DNA of 64,000 nt from Acidimicrobiia bacterium (GCA_965203555.1 CBDBCY010000004.1:544001-608000), one strand, 5' to 3'; positions 8,467-18,641 are shown, counted from the stretch's first letter. Notes: generated from the letters alone by a model not told the origin. Numbers and translations: made by a program.

Positions 8467-10868
8467 AACTCCCCCCGGAGTTCGGCGCCCAATTGCCGGG
8501 CGGCATCGGCCATGGAACGTAGAGCCTCTCCGGTCTCTTCACCTGAGAGGGTGCGATCCGGCGCCCTGAGCGTATAGTTGATCGCCAGACTCTTCCTTCC
8601 CTCCGCCAGAGGCGCCCCCCTGAATTCATCGAACACCCGGGCGGACTCCAGCAGAACGCCGGCCGCCTGTCCGGTGGCCGCCAGCAGGTCGTCGGCGCCC
8701 AACTCCTCGGGGGTTTCGAAAGCCAAGTCAAATGTGTAGGGTGGGAAAACGCTCGGCGCCCGGAATTGCCAATGATCCCGCTCGGTCACCAGCGGATCGA
8801 GTTCCACCTCCATCGCAATCACCCTTCCGGAAAGTTCCGCCCTTCTGACCACCGCGGGATGGACTTCTCCCATTGTCCCCACCGTCTTACCGTCCAGCAT
8901 CAAGCGAGCGGCGCGGGCGGGATGCCACCCCGCCGTCTCGGTGGGCGCCAGCCGCCACTCCCCCAGATCCAGGTGGTTGGACAAGGCTCTCCAAACCGCT
9001 GAAACCGTGAAGAAGTCCACCGACCGTTGAGCGAGACCCAATCCCGTTCCCCCCAGGCGCCCGGTAGCCAGGACTCCGATTCGCTCGGGCTGATCCGGTA
9101 CCTTGGGCAGCGTGGGATGGGGACGGTCCAAGAACACCCTGCCCAACTCGAAGATGGCTACGTCTTCCAACCCATGTGAATAGTTGTATTTCGCCACCCG
9201 CAGGAGTCCCGGCAGCAGAGTGGTTCGCAATATGGACTCCTCCTCCCGGAGAGGGTTCTTGAGCCGAATGTCGGCGGCTCGCTCGTCGTCGCTTTCCCAT
9301 CCCCAGATCTCGATCTCCGCAGCTCGCATGAAACTCAGGGAGACCGACTCGGAGAACCCCAAACCACACAGGGCCTGACGAAGAGTCCGCGTGCGACGCT
9401 GGATCACCGAGCGTCCCCCTCCCGGACCGCGGGGCACCCGCTCGGGGAAGTTGTCATATCCCCACAAACGCGCCAATTCCTCCACCAAATCGATTGGTCT
9501 GGTCAGGTCGGGTCGGAAGGTGGGGACTGTGACCGAGACTGGATCCTCCCCTTCCACAGCCAGGTGAAGCCGGGAGAGAAGATCCACTACCCGGGGGGTG
9601 TCGAACCCCGGTCCCAGGATGCGCTCCGCCTCTTTCATCTCAAGGCTGATCGTGACCGACTCGAGCTTGTCCTCTCGGGCAACAACGTCCGTCACCTGTC
9701 TTACGGCCTGCCCCCCGGTCAACTGCGTGACCAACTCTGCCGCCCGGGCCGCGGCCTGCGGGGGCAAAGCCGGATCCACCCCCCGTTCGAACCGGGCAGA
9801 AGCCTCGGTGCGCAGGGCATGGCGCTTGGACATGTGCAGTACCGTCGGAGGATCCCAGGCAGCGGCTTCGATCAGCACCGAGGTGGTCCGATCGGTGACC
9901 TCCGAAGAGCCGCCCCCCATGGTGCCTGCCAGAGCGGAGGCCCGCTCCCGGTCGGCCACCACCAGATCCGAAGCGTTCAATGCCCGCTCCACCCCGTCCA
10001 GGGTGGTGAGCCTCTCCCCGGGCCTGGCCCTTCTCACCACAATCCCCGCCCCGCCCAGTTCATCCAGATCGAAGGCGTGTATGGGCTGGCCCAGTTCCAG
10101 GAGCACATAGTTGGTGATGTCCACCACATTCGAGATAGGCCGTTGTCCCGAGGCCCGCAGCCGGGTCTGCATCCAGAACGGGGATGGCGATACCTTGCAA
10201 CCCTGTACCTCTCGGGCCGTGAACCGGTAGCAGCCACTGGGGTCCTCAATGGTGATCCCGATCCGGGGAGCGGCTTCGACCTGGGGAAAGTCAGGTTCCG
10301 GCACACGAAACCCGATTTGATGGTAGGCGGACAACTCCCGGGCCACTCCCACGTACGACATCACATCGGGCCGGTTGGGAGTGATACTCAGGTCGAGCAC
10401 GGTGTCGGTAAGGGAAACGAAGCCTGCCAGATCATCCCCGACCGGGACATCGGCGTCGAAAACCAGGATGCCTTCCGCGTCCTCGCCCAACCCGAGTTCC
10501 CTCTCCGAGCAAATCATCCCATTGGAAACCACCCCGCGGATAGACCGTCGGCCGATCTGCATCCCTCCGCTCAGCGTGGATCCGGGAAGGGCCAGCGCCA
10601 CGGTGGCGCCTGCTTCGAAATTCCACGCTCCGCACACCACTGTCATCGGCTCGTCTCCGGTGGTCACGCGACAAACTCTGATCCGGTCGGCCCGAGGGTG
10701 CGGCGCAACCTCCAGTACCCGGGCAGTCACCACCCCGTCGAATTGCGGAGTAAGCGACTCGACCTCCTCAACTTCATGACCCAAAGACTCCAACACCGCA
10801 GCCACCGCACCCGATTCCCAGGTCGGAAGGTCGATGTAGTCAGCCAGCCAGTTGAAGGAGACTCTCAT
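8463..10868 (-). CDS. pheT: Phenylalanine--tRNA ligase beta subunit
   Basis: MRVSFNWL start (ATG 10868 overlapping pheS stop), HPRADR, TPNRPD, RFERGVD, DLVEELARLWGY, C-terminal FDX-ACB domain. Confidence 0.96.
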   Translation of the reverse strand: MRVSFNWLADYIDLPTWESGAVAAVLESLGHEVEEVESLTPQFDGVVTARVLEVAPHPRADRIRVCRVTTGDEPMTVVCGAWNFEAGATVALALPGSTLSGGMQIGRRSIRGVVSNGMICSERELGLGEDAEGILVFDADVPVGDDLAGFVSLTDTVLDLSITPNRPDVMSYVGVARELSAYHQIGFRVPEPDFPQVEAAPRIGITIEDPSGCYRFTAREVQGCKVSPSPFWMQTRLRASGQRPISNVVDITNYVLLELGQPIHAFDLDELGGAGIVVRRARPGERLTTLDGVERALNASDLVVADRERASALAGTMGGGSSEVTDRTTSVLIEAAAWDPPTVLHMSKRHALRTEASARFERGVDPALPPQAAARAAELVTQLTGGQAVRQVTDVVAREDKLESVTISLEMKEAERILGPGFDTPRVVDLLSRLHLAVEGEDPVSVTVPTFRPDLTRPIDLVEELARLWGYDNFPERVPRGPGGGRSVIQRRTRTLRQALCGLGFSESVSLSFMRAAEIEIWGWESDDERAADIRLKNPLREEESILRTTLLPGLLRVAKYNYSHGLEDVAIFELGRVFLDRPHPTLPKVPDQPERIGVLATGRLGGTGLGLAQRSVDFFTVSAVWRALSNHLDLGEWRLAPTETAGWHPARAARLMLDGKTVGTMGEVHPAVVRRAELSGRVIAMEVELDPLVTERDHWQFRAPSVFPPYTFDLAFETPEELGADDLLAATGQAAGVLLESARVFDEFRGAPLAEGRKSLAINYTLRAPDRTLSGEETGEALRSMADAARQLGAELRGEL

Positions 10869-11902
10869 CGGAACTGGGAGAGCACTCGGAGATCGTTGTC
10901 GAAGAAGTGGCGCAGCGGCGAGACACCGTGGCGCACCTGGGCAATCCGCTCCACTCCCATCCCGAACGCGAAACCGCTCACCTTGGATGGGTCGTACCCC
11001 ACCCACTCGAAGACATTGGGATCAACCATGCCGCACCCCAACAACTCGATCCATCCCACCCCTCCGCAGACCCGGCAGTCTCCTCCCCCTTCGCAGGCAA
11101 AACAGGAAGCATGCATCTCGGCCGACGGTTCGGTGAATGGAAAGAAATTGGGAAGCATGCGGATACGACGGTCTGCTCCGAAGAACTTCCTGGCAAAGTA
11201 AGCGAGCGTCCCTCGCAAATCGGAGAAAGTCAGGTTCTCGTCAACCGCCAGACCCTCTATTTGGTGGAAAACCGGCGAGTGGGTGGCGTCGGGGGTGTCT
11301 GCTCTGAACACCTTGCCCGGCACCACCACATAAACCGGAGGATCATGGTTCTCCATATACCGGGCCTGCATGGGGGACGTGTGGGTACGCAGCAGGATCT
11401 CATCGGCGGGATCTCCCCAGTCGAGGTAGAGAGTATCTGACTCCAACCGGCTGGGATGAGTGGGAGGAGTGTTGAGAGCGTCGAAATTGTAGATTCCCGA
11501 CTCTGCCTCCGGACCCCCTACCACCTGATACCCCAGTCCTATGAAGATGTCGCACACTTCTTCGATGGTGGAAGTGATCAGATGGGTGTACCCCTCCGGA
11601 TATCGGAGGGCCGGGAGGGTGACGTCCACCCGGTCGGCAGCCAACATCAAGCGTTCGCCATCAGCCTCAAGAGAATCCCGGCGTGTCGCTATCAGATCGG
11701 TGAAGGTGCGCCGCGCTTTTTGGATCGCTCTTCCCAGCCGGGGGCGCTCGTCGGGCGGCAGTTTGCCAATCCGTCTCTGCAGTCCCGCGATCACTGACCG
11801 TCTGCCCAACAGGTCGCTGCGGACCGCGTCGAGTTCCTCCAGGCTGGTCGCCCCCTCCACCAGGCCGGGGGCTTGTTCCATCAGAGCGGCAAGGTTTTCC
11901 AT
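10865..11902 (-). CDS. pheS: Phenylalanine--tRNA ligase alpha subunit
   Basis: LRTHTSP, FHQIEG, FPFTEPS, GFAFGMGVER. Confidence 0.97.
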   Translation of the reverse strand: MENLAALMEQAPGLVEGATSLEELDAVRSDLLGRRSVIAGLQRRIGKLPPDERPRLGRAIQKARRTFTDLIATRRDSLEADGERLMLAADRVDVTLPALRYPEGYTHLITSTIEEVCDIFIGLGYQVVGGPEAESGIYNFDALNTPPTHPSRLESDTLYLDWGDPADEILLRTHTSPMQARYMENHDPPVYVVVPGKVFRADTPDATHSPVFHQIEGLAVDENLTFSDLRGTLAYFARKFFGADRRIRMLPNFFPFTEPSAEMHASCFACEGGGDCRVCGGVGWIELLGCGMVDPNVFEWVGYDPSKVSGFAFGMGVERIAQVRHGVSPLRHFFDNDLRVLSQFR

Positions 11903-11907
11903 TCCGG

Positions 11908-12696
11908 CTATAGGAGTTTAGAAAGCTCGGCGGCCTGATCAGTACAACCCTGCTTCCGCCCTTCTCGCAGGCGGGAGAGATGGTAGCAGATTATGGCCCC
12001 GGCCGCCGCCGCGTTCAGACTCTCCACCCTGCCCGACATCGGAATTGAGCACCCCAGGTCGGCTCGATCGGCATAGTCGGAGTGGATTCCGTGAGTTTCG
12101 TCGCCGATGACCAGCCACCATGCCCGATCAAAATCGAGCCGGTCCTCTATCTCGGCGAGGGGAAGACCACCCCGGGGAACGGCCGCCACCACCATCGCCT
12201 CAAGCGGGGGCTCGGCGGCCTGGCCGATGGCTGCCCGGAAGTGACCGCCGGCGCCGGCCCGCAGCACTTTGGGCGCCCACGGATCGACCGACGCACCCCC
12301 GGTCGCCACATCCCATCCGAAGGCCGAGGCAGTGCGGATCAATGTGCCGCAGTTGCCGGGTTCGGACACCAGCAGCAAGACTACGTCTCTGCATTCCAGG
12401 TTGCTTTTGGGAATGGTCAACACTCCTACCGGACCACGCGGGTTCCGGGTGCCGGCAATCCGTGACAGGGCTTCTTCGCTAACCGCAGTGACCGGTACCC
12501 CTCGCGGTTCGCAAAGCCTTCGGGTGTGCCGGTCGGAGGGTACGGCCAGCACCTCGGTTATCTCTTGCCCGGTCGCCAGCGCCTCCGCCAGCAGATGCGG
12601 TCCTTCGATCAGCGTCCTCCCGGTTCTCCTCCGTTCACGGGACCGGTGCAGCCGGGCCAGTTCGGCAATCCGGGGATGGCGCCGAGAGCGGATCAA
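11908..12696 (-). CDS. TrmH/SpoU-family RNA methyltransferase
   Basis: [36 protein letters not shown]; TTG start overlaps rplT stop; usual position between rplT and pheS. Confidence 0.9.
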   Translation of the reverse strand: MIRSRRHPRIAELARLHRSRERRRTGRTLIEGPHLLAEALATGQEITEVLAVPSDRHTRRLCEPRGVPVTAVSEEALSRIAGTRNPRGPVGVLTIPKSNLECRDVVLLLVSEPGNCGTLIRTASAFGWDVATGGASVDPWAPKVLRAGAGGHFRAAIGQAAEPPLEAMVVAAVPRGGLPLAEIEDRLDFDRAWWLVIGDETHGIHSDYADRADLGCSIPMSGRVESLNAAAAGAIICYHLSRLREGRKQGCTDQAAELSKLL

Positions 12697-13043
12697 GCCT
12701 CTCTGGCGATCTTCACCAACTGGGAAAAGGCATCCGGATCGTGGACCGCCAGGTCGGCCAGGACCTTCCGGTTGACCTCCACTCCAGCCGAGTTGAGACC
12801 TGCCACAAACCGCGAATAGCTCATCCCGTTCTGGCGGGCGGCAGCATTTATGCGAGTGATCCACAATCGCCGGAAGTCGCCCTTACGAGCTCGACGGTGA
12901 CTGTACGAGTCCACCATTGCATGCATTACCTGTTCGTTGGCGGCTCGGAAGGTACGACTGCGGGCACCTCGGTAACCCTTGGCCCGCGCAACCACCCTGC
13001 GGCGGGAACGACGAGCGGAAGGGACGTTCTTTGCTCTTGCCAT
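12693..13043 (-). CDS. rplT: 50S ribosomal protein L20
   Basis: [27 protein letters not shown]. Confidence 0.98.
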   Translation of the reverse strand: MARAKNVPSARRSRRRVVARAKGYRGARSRTFRAANEQVMHAMVDSYSHRRARKGDFRRLWITRINAAARQNGMSYSRFVAGLNSAGVEVNRKVLADLAVHDPDAFSQLVKIAREA

Positions 13044-13055
13044 TATTGCCGCCTC

Positions 13056-13250
13056 CTAATTCCGAATCATCCGACGTACGATCCTCTCATCGCCGGACGC
13101 CAGTCCATCGGTACCGTTCAATCGCCGGAACCGGTTCTTGCCTTTGGCCAAGCGGTAGTGGCCTCGCCCAGCCTTGCGTCGCATCAATTTCCCCGACCCG
13201 GTCTTCTTTATACGTTTTGCGAGACCTCTATGGCTCTTCTGTTTAGGCAT
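13056..13250 (-). CDS. rpmI: 50S ribosomal protein L35
   Basis: MPKQKSHRGLAKR..TGSGK; between infC and rplT. Confidence 0.96.
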   Translation of the reverse strand: MPKQKSHRGLAKRIKKTGSGKLMRRKAGRGHYRLAKGKNRFRRLNGTDGLASGDERIVRRMIRN

Positions 13251-13288
13251 CGGGTCCTCCTGGATTTGATGTTGTCGTCAGAGGAGAT

Positions 13289-13843
13289 TCATCTCCTCTG
13301 CCTGTGTCGTTGCTTATTCCTGCCCCTACCCGACCCATGACTCAGCGGGGCCAGCATCATGGTCATATTGCGTCCCTCCATTTTGGGCGCCTGCTCCATG
13401 ACCCCGTCCTGGCTGACGGCGTCGGCCAAGCGGGCCAACAGCTTCTGACCGTATTCCGGCCTCTCCCGCTCCCTGCCGCGAAAGCGAACCGTCAACTTCA
13501 CCTTGTCGCCTCCCGACAGGAATGCGACGACCTTGCGAGTCTGCATCTCGAAGTCATGGTCTTCGATGCGGGGCCTGAGCCGCAATTCCTTGATCACTGT
13601 CCGCGACTGGCTCTTGCGCGCAGCCCTTTCCTTGATGGAACGTTCGTACTTGAAGCGTCCGTAATCCATGAGGCGGCAGACGGGCGGATCGGCCATGGGG
13701 GCAACCTCCACCAGATCCAGGTCCAACTGTTCCGCCAGCCACATGGCCTCCTCCCGCTTCTTGACCCCGATCTGTGCCCCGTCCGGCGCCACCAAGCGAA
13801 CCACAGCCGCTTTTATTCCATCATTCACTCGAAGTTCTGCGAT
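13289..13843 (-). CDS. infC: Translation initiation factor IF-3 (probable ATC start)
   Basis: LDLVEVAP, PPVCRLMDYG, KELRLRP, FRGRE; AGGAGG lies 7 nt before an in-frame ATC at 13843-13841. Confidence 0.95.
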   Translation of the reverse strand: MAELRVNDGIKAAVVRLVAPDGAQIGVKKREEAMWLAEQLDLDLVEVAPMADPPVCRLMDYGRFKYERSIKERAARKSQSRTVIKELRLRPRIEDHDFEMQTRKVVAFLSGGDKVKLTVRFRGRERERPEYGQKLLARLADAVSQDGVMEQAPKMEGRNMTMMLAPLSHGSGRGRNKQRHRQRR

Positions 13844-13860
13844 AGTGTCTCCTCCTGTTT

Positions 13861-13971
13861 CAAGAGCCTGCGCCAAGCAAAAGAATCCGCTCCCAAGAAC
13901 CACGGCTCACCTGGCGGCGGCCGGGTGGGAAGCAAAACAGCCTCCGCTTCGTATAGCAAGCCGACAGTATA
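13861..13971 (-). promoter_or_regulatory. infC operon promoter and L20-leader-like 5' UTR
   Basis: TATACT -10 at 13971-13966, then AAGCGGAGGC..GCTTCCCACC, similar to L20 leader 5' ends. Confidence 0.5.
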
Positions 13972-13996
13972 ACCCGGCCCGGAAGATTGTCCAAGC

Positions 13997-14701
13997 TCAC
14001 CTTATCTCGGACCGGAGAGCCTCCACCACGGCCCGGGCGGCCTGGGCGCCGGCATTTGCCTCGGGTCTGCTACGGGCCACCGCCTGTTCCCACTCCGAAA
14101 CCGCCAGAACAGCGTTCCCAACCGGAACGCCCGTGTCGATCTGCAGCTGGATCAGGCCCTGGACCGCTCCGTCAACTACGGAGTGGAAGTGGTGAGTCTC
14201 CCCTTGCATGACCACCGCAGTGGCCACCACGCCCTGACACCCGGCCTGGATCAATCGGCTGGCCCCCCAGGGAAGTTCCCATGCTCCTGCGACGTCCAAG
14301 CGGACAATATTCTCTGGTTTAATCCCCATTTCCACCAGCGTCTCACGGGCGCCGTCACCCAGCCGGTCTGCCACCGGGGCGCTGCCCACTTTATCAAAAC
14401 GGGCCATAACCAACCCCACCTTCGGCTCCCTCCGCGCCCAGGGCAACACGATCAGCCATGCCAGTCCAATCACAGAACTGATGAATACGCCGATCCCCGC
14501 CATACCGAACACCAGAAAGAAACTCCATGCCAGATCGTCTCTTACCCACAGCAAGCCCGCCAGCACCAGCACCGAGATACCCAGCCAGATGACAGTGATG
14601 GATATTGCCACCCTTCTATAGATCTCAAAGTTGGGCGACCTGCGGTATCCGAACCCGATGTTGGCCAGACGTCGGTAGAGATCAGTACTTCCCGGAAACA
14701 C
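13997..14701 (-). CDS. ribH: Lumazine synthase with a two-TM N-terminal extension
   Basis: KVGLVMARF, GAWELP, QGETHHF, TGVPVGNAVL, EQAVARS; preceded in frame by two hydrophobic helices. Confidence 0.85.
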   Translation of the reverse strand: MFPGSTDLYRRLANIGFGYRRSPNFEIYRRVAISITVIWLGISVLVLAGLLWVRDDLAWSFFLVFGMAGIGVFISSVIGLAWLIVLPWARREPKVGLVMARFDKVGSAPVADRLGDGARETLVEMGIKPENIVRLDVAGAWELPWGASRLIQAGCQGVVATAVVMQGETHHFHSVVDGAVQGLIQLQIDTGVPVGNAVLAVSEWEQAVARSRPEANAGAQAARAVVEALRSEIR

Positions 14702-14737
14702 AGGACAAAATTCTAGCCGCGATGCCTGTCGGCAGAT

Positions 14738-15514
14738 TCAGAGCCTGCGCCACGTATCCAAAAAATCGCGCACCCCTTCGGCGTGATCCGAACTTGCCGT
14801 CAACTCTCTCCAAATCCGCTCCGTGTCCTGATTGTCGCCTGTCTGGCCTTTAGCCACCATTCTCATCATCTCTTTCATCGACCGCAGGGACGTCTGAGAC
14901 ATGCTGCACACCAGTGCCAAAAGACCGTCGAGCTTCGATTGGAAGGACTGTGGCTCATACAACGCCGACAGGAGCCCGATCCGCAGCGCCCGCTCGGCGT
15001 TGAATACCTCTCCGGTGAACAGCAGCCACTTTGCGTGGGTCTCGCCGACCGCCGCCACCAGAGAGCGCAACGCTGCATACGGGAAGGCCAGCCCAACCCG
15101 GGCGGGGGGAAGACTGAAGCGAGCGGTTTGATCGGCCACCCGTAGGTCGCAGACCATGGAGATCGCCGCCCCGCCCCCCATGCAGACGCCCCGGATGGCA
15201 GCCACCGTAGGTTTTTTCATATCGGCCACCGCCGATATTCCGGCCGTTACCGTCTCACCGTTCTCCACGCCGCTCTCGCCCTGGGACAGGCGCTCCGCCC
15301 ACTCCGCCACATCAGCGCCCGCGCAGAACACGGCGGAATCGGCGCCCCTGATCACCATCACCTTGGTACGGTCGTCCAAGTCGGCTTCCCGGGCCAGATC
15401 GGCCAGTATCGACCACATCTCATCGCTGAAGGCGTTGCGTCTCCGCGGCCGATCAATTATCAGGTGGGCGACTTCGTCTCGGCGCTGCAGGTATAGGGAT
15501 CTTGACTTGCCCAC
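14738..15514 (-). CDS. Enoyl-CoA hydratase/isomerase family protein
   Basis: RRNAF, FCAGAD, CMGGG, CDLR, crotonase fold pattern. Confidence 0.9.
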   Translation of the reverse strand: MGKSRSLYLQRRDEVAHLIIDRPRRRNAFSDEMWSILADLAREADLDDRTKVMVIRGADSAVFCAGADVAEWAERLSQGESGVENGETVTAGISAVADMKKPTVAAIRGVCMGGGAAISMVCDLRVADQTARFSLPPARVGLAFPYAALRSLVAAVGETHAKWLLFTGEVFNAERALRIGLLSALYEPQSFQSKLDGLLALVCSMSQTSLRSMKEMMRMVAKGQTGDNQDTERIWRELTASSDHAEGVRDFLDTWRRL

Positions 15515-15524
15515 CGAAGCGAGA

Positions 15525-16100
15525 CTACTTGCGGGGCACGCGGCCCAGTAGATAAAACTCGGGATTGGGCATCATGTGGCCCAGATGGGCCAGTCTGTTG
15601 GACATGGCAAAGAAAGCGGTGATCGCCCCGATTTCCCAGATTTCGTCGTCGGTGAAGCCCTGCTCGTAGAGAGGCTGGTAGTCGCGGTCCTCGATCTCTT
15701 CGGGAGTGCGGGCCAGTTTTACCGCGAAACGGAGCATGGCGCTCTGTCGGTCCGAAACGGGGGCCGTTCGCCAGTTGGCGGCGACTTGATCGGAGATGAG
15801 CGGGTCACCCGATCGGATGCGAAGAATCGCCCCGTGGGCCACTATGCAATAAGGACATTCGTTGGCTGCGCTGGTGGCAACCACAATCATCTCCCGCTCA
15901 ACCTTCGACAACCCCTCCTCCCCCTCCATCAGAGCGTCGTGATAGGCGAAGAAGGCTCTTGCCTCCTCCGGTCGATGGCCCAGAGCCAACATTACATTGG
16001 GAGTGAATCCCAGTTTGGAATGGACAAATTCGGCCCTTTCCCGCAGATCGTCCGGCAGCTCGGATATGTCGGCCATCGGGAAACGGGAATTATCAGGCAT
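15525..16100 (-). CDS. AhpD/CMD-like peroxidase-related protein
   Basis: EREMIVVATSAANECPYCIVAHGA, FFAMSNR. Confidence 0.88.
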   Translation of the reverse strand: MPDNSRFPMADISELPDDLRERAEFVHSKLGFTPNVMLALGHRPEEARAFFAYHDALMEGEEGLSKVEREMIVVATSAANECPYCIVAHGAILRIRSGDPLISDQVAANWRTAPVSDRQSAMLRFAVKLARTPEEIEDRDYQPLYEQGFTDDEIWEIGAITAFFAMSNRLAHLGHMMPNPEFYLLGRVPRK

Positions 16101-16200
16101 AACCGCCTTCTAGCTGGGTTGAGAATGGATCAGCCGGGTTTCATTTCGCCGACGCGTCGCATCTATTCTACGCTCCTAAGCAACCCTGAGGGAGACTAAA

Positions 16201-17643
16201 ATGTCCACACCAGCCGAAGTATCGGCCCTCGCTCAAGAATACGAGTTTGTTGATCTTCGTTTCCCGGACCTGCCGGGGAAGATGCATCACTTCACCATGC
16301 CGTCCAGCTACCTGACCGAAGAGTCCTTCGAGGAGGGCTTCGGATTCGATGGTTCGTCCATCCGTGGCTTCCAGACCATCGAGGAGTCGGATATGCTGCT
16401 CATTCCCGATCCCTCCGTCGCCTTCGAGGATCCTTTCTTCGTGCGCAGCACCCTGGTTGTGAACTGCTTCATCAAGGATCCGATCACCGGAGACTGGTAC
16501 CACAAAGATCCGCGGCGCGTGGCAAGGAACGCCGAGGAGTACCTGCTCTCCACCGGCATCGCCGACACCTCCTATTGGGGTCCCGAAGCCGAGTTTTTCA
16601 TCTTTGACTCCGCCCGGTTCTCCCAGGTCGGTCATCACAGCAACATGTCCTTCTACGAGGTGGACTCCGTGGAAGCCGCATGGAACTCGGCGCAGCAATG
16701 GAACTCGGCGCAGCAGGAAGACGTAGGCAACCTGGGACACAAGATGCGCCACAAGGAAGGCTACTTCCCGGTACCTCCCAACGACACCCAGCAGGACATC
16801 CGTTCAGAGATGGTCGCCCAGATGCTCAAAGTGGGAATTCCCATCGAGATACATCACCATGAAGTGGGAACCGCCGGCCAGGCCGAGATCGACATTCGGT
16901 ATGCGCCTCTGCTTCTGCAAGCCGATCGTTTGATGATCTACAAGTACATCTGCAAGAACGTGGCCAAGCAGGCGGGCAAGACCGTCACTTTCATGCCCAA
17001 GCCCATCTTCTCGGACAACGGTTCGGGGATGCATACCCACCAAAGCCTCTGGAAAGACGGCGTACCGCTATTTTATGAAGAGGGTACCTACGCCAACCTC
17101 TCCGACATGGCCCGCTGGTACGCGGGCGGTTTGATCGCCCACGCTCCGGCCATTCTCGCCTTTGCGGCGCCCGGAACCAACTCCTACCGTAGATTGGTGC
17201 CCGGTTTCGAAGCTCCGGTCAACCTGGTGTACAGCCAGCGCAATCGCTCCGCTGCGATCCGGATTCCCACCTACTCGGAAGCGCCCTCCGCCAAACGGCT
17301 CGAGTTCCGCTGCCCTGATCCGTCCTGCAACCCCTACTACGCCTTCGCCGCCATGCTGATGGCGGGGCTGGACGGGGTTCGCAATCAGATCGAGCCGGGC
17401 GATCCGGTCGATGTGGACCTGTACGAACTGAGCTCCGAGGAAGCTGCCGGACTGAAGACAGTTCCCGGAACCCTGGACGAGGCATTGGACGCCTTGCAAG
17501 CCGACCACGCTTTCCTGACCGAAGGCAACGTATTCTCCCAGGACCTGATCGATACCTGGATCTCCTACAAGCGGGAGAACGAGGCCAGCTTGGTGAGGCG
17601 CCATCCGACCCCGGTGGAGTACGAGCTCTACTACGACATTTAA
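16201..17643 (+). CDS. glnA: Glutamine synthetase type I (GSI-beta)
   Basis: [47 protein letters not shown] adenylylation site. Confidence 0.98.
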   Translation: MSTPAEVSALAQEYEFVDLRFPDLPGKMHHFTMPSSYLTEESFEEGFGFDGSSIRGFQTIEESDMLLIPDPSVAFEDPFFVRSTLVVNCFIKDPITGDWYHKDPRRVARNAEEYLLSTGIADTSYWGPEAEFFIFDSARFSQVGHHSNMSFYEVDSVEAAWNSAQQWNSAQQEDVGNLGHKMRHKEGYFPVPPNDTQQDIRSEMVAQMLKVGIPIEIHHHEVGTAGQAEIDIRYAPLLLQADRLMIYKYICKNVAKQAGKTVTFMPKPIFSDNGSGMHTHQSLWKDGVPLFYEEGTYANLSDMARWYAGGLIAHAPAILAFAAPGTNSYRRLVPGFEAPVNLVYSQRNRSAAIRIPTYSEAPSAKRLEFRCPDPSCNPYYAFAAMLMAGLDGVRNQIEPGDPVDVDLYELSSEEAAGLKTVPGTLDEALDALQADHAFLTEGNVFSQDLIDTWISYKRENEASLVRRHPTPVEYELYYDI

Positions 17644-17660
17644 CCGTCACCCTGTCTGCA

Positions 17661-17704
17661 GAAAAGGACGCATCTCCCCTCGGGAGAGCGTCCTTTTCCT
17701 TTTT
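17661..17704 (+). terminator. Intrinsic (probably bidirectional) terminator after glnA
   Basis: GAAAAGGACGC...GCGTCCTTTTC stem followed by a T run; tRNA-Arg converges. Confidence 0.8.
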
Positions 17705-17766
17705 CGGGACCTCTGTTGCCGGTTCAGAGGTGGAAGAACGCGGCTAGTTAGAAGTCGCAACAAGAG

Positions 17767-17838
17767 CGCCCTCGGCAGGACTCGAACCTGCGCACCCGGT
17801 TCCGGAGACCGGCGCTCTATCCCCTGAGCTACGAGGGC
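17767..17838 (-). tRNA. tRNA-Arg(CCG)
   Basis: GCCCTCG..AGCTCAG..CCGGT-CTCCGGA-ACCGG..GGTTCGAGTCC..CGAGGGCG; CCA not encoded. Confidence 0.95.
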
Positions 17839-17905
17839 ATGGCTGTCCCCCCAAGGCTAGCCCCACCGACAAATAGCGGAATCAGAAAAAATACCTCCCT
17901 TTTGC

Positions 17906-17986
17906 TTGACAAAACGTTAGATTGCCCCTAGCCTTAATGGCTTGTGAGACCCAGCAACAGAGACATGCTTGTGAAAGTGTTCACAA
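17906..17986 (+). promoter_or_regulatory. whiB promoter with a downstream Rex/CRP-type palindrome
   Basis: TTGACA (17906)-17 nt-TAGCCT (17929); TTGTGAA-AGTG-TTCACAA at 17969-17986. Confidence 0.7.
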
Positions 17987-18008
17987 TCGTAAGCTTGGAG
18001 ATGACCTC

Positions 18009-18290
18009 TTGAACACGACCATAACCATCACCGATTGGAGGGAGTCGGCCGCTTGCCTTGACTCCGATCCCACCCTGTTTTTTCCGGTGGGCAGCACCGG
18101 ACCTGCCGTTGAGCAAATCGCAATGGCAACTTCCATCTGCACCAGCTGCCACGTAATAGAAGACTGCCTGCAATACGCCTTGGAGACGAACCAAGAATCG
18201 GGCGTGTGGGGCGGCTATTCGGAAGATGCTCGTCGCAGACTGCGGAAGCGCTGGCTAGCCAAACGGCGCCGCCAACACCTGGCCCGTTAA
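18009..18290 (+). CDS. whiB1: WhiB-family Fe-S transcription factor (WhiB1/WblE-like)
   Basis: DWRESAAC..DP.LFFPVG, CxxC, CLQYALET, GVWGG; TTG start after GGAG. Confidence 0.88.
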   Translation: MNTTITITDWRESAACLDSDPTLFFPVGSTGPAVEQIAMATSICTSCHVIEDCLQYALETNQESGVWGGYSEDARRRLRKRWLAKRRRQHLAR

Positions 18291-18517
18291 CCCCCCGGGG
18301 TGAATCCAACCCCCGATCGACTGCCGGGGCTGTCGAATTCGACAAACGCCAGCATCTGTCTCGGGATGCCGATTTGGGTGCCGTCGGAATCTTCAATCCA
18401 CAGGATCGGGCGACCCTTTTCGAACACTTCCTCAATCGCTGAACGCACCTTCGCCGTGTCCTGACTTTCGATCTCCACCACTCGGCTGGTGTGGGCGACT
18501 CCGATTTTGATCTTCAC
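18287..18517 (-). CDS. DUF3107-family protein
   Basis: VKIKIGVAHTSRVVEIE...LAFVEF..RSGVGF, the typical actinobacterial pattern. Confidence 0.75.
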   Translation of the reverse strand: MKIKIGVAHTSRVVEIESQDTAKVRSAIEEVFEKGRPILWIEDSDGTQIGIPRQMLAFVEFDSPGSRSGVGFTPGG

Positions 18518-18641
18518 TTCCGTAATACTTCCCGTTCCTGGCGCTCGCCCGATGCTACCAGTCAAAAAGGCTGTATCGGTCGCGAAGAATTCCGGCCACC
18601 TCCACTGGCAGGTCCGAGCCGGCCGAGTTCACACTGAGGGA

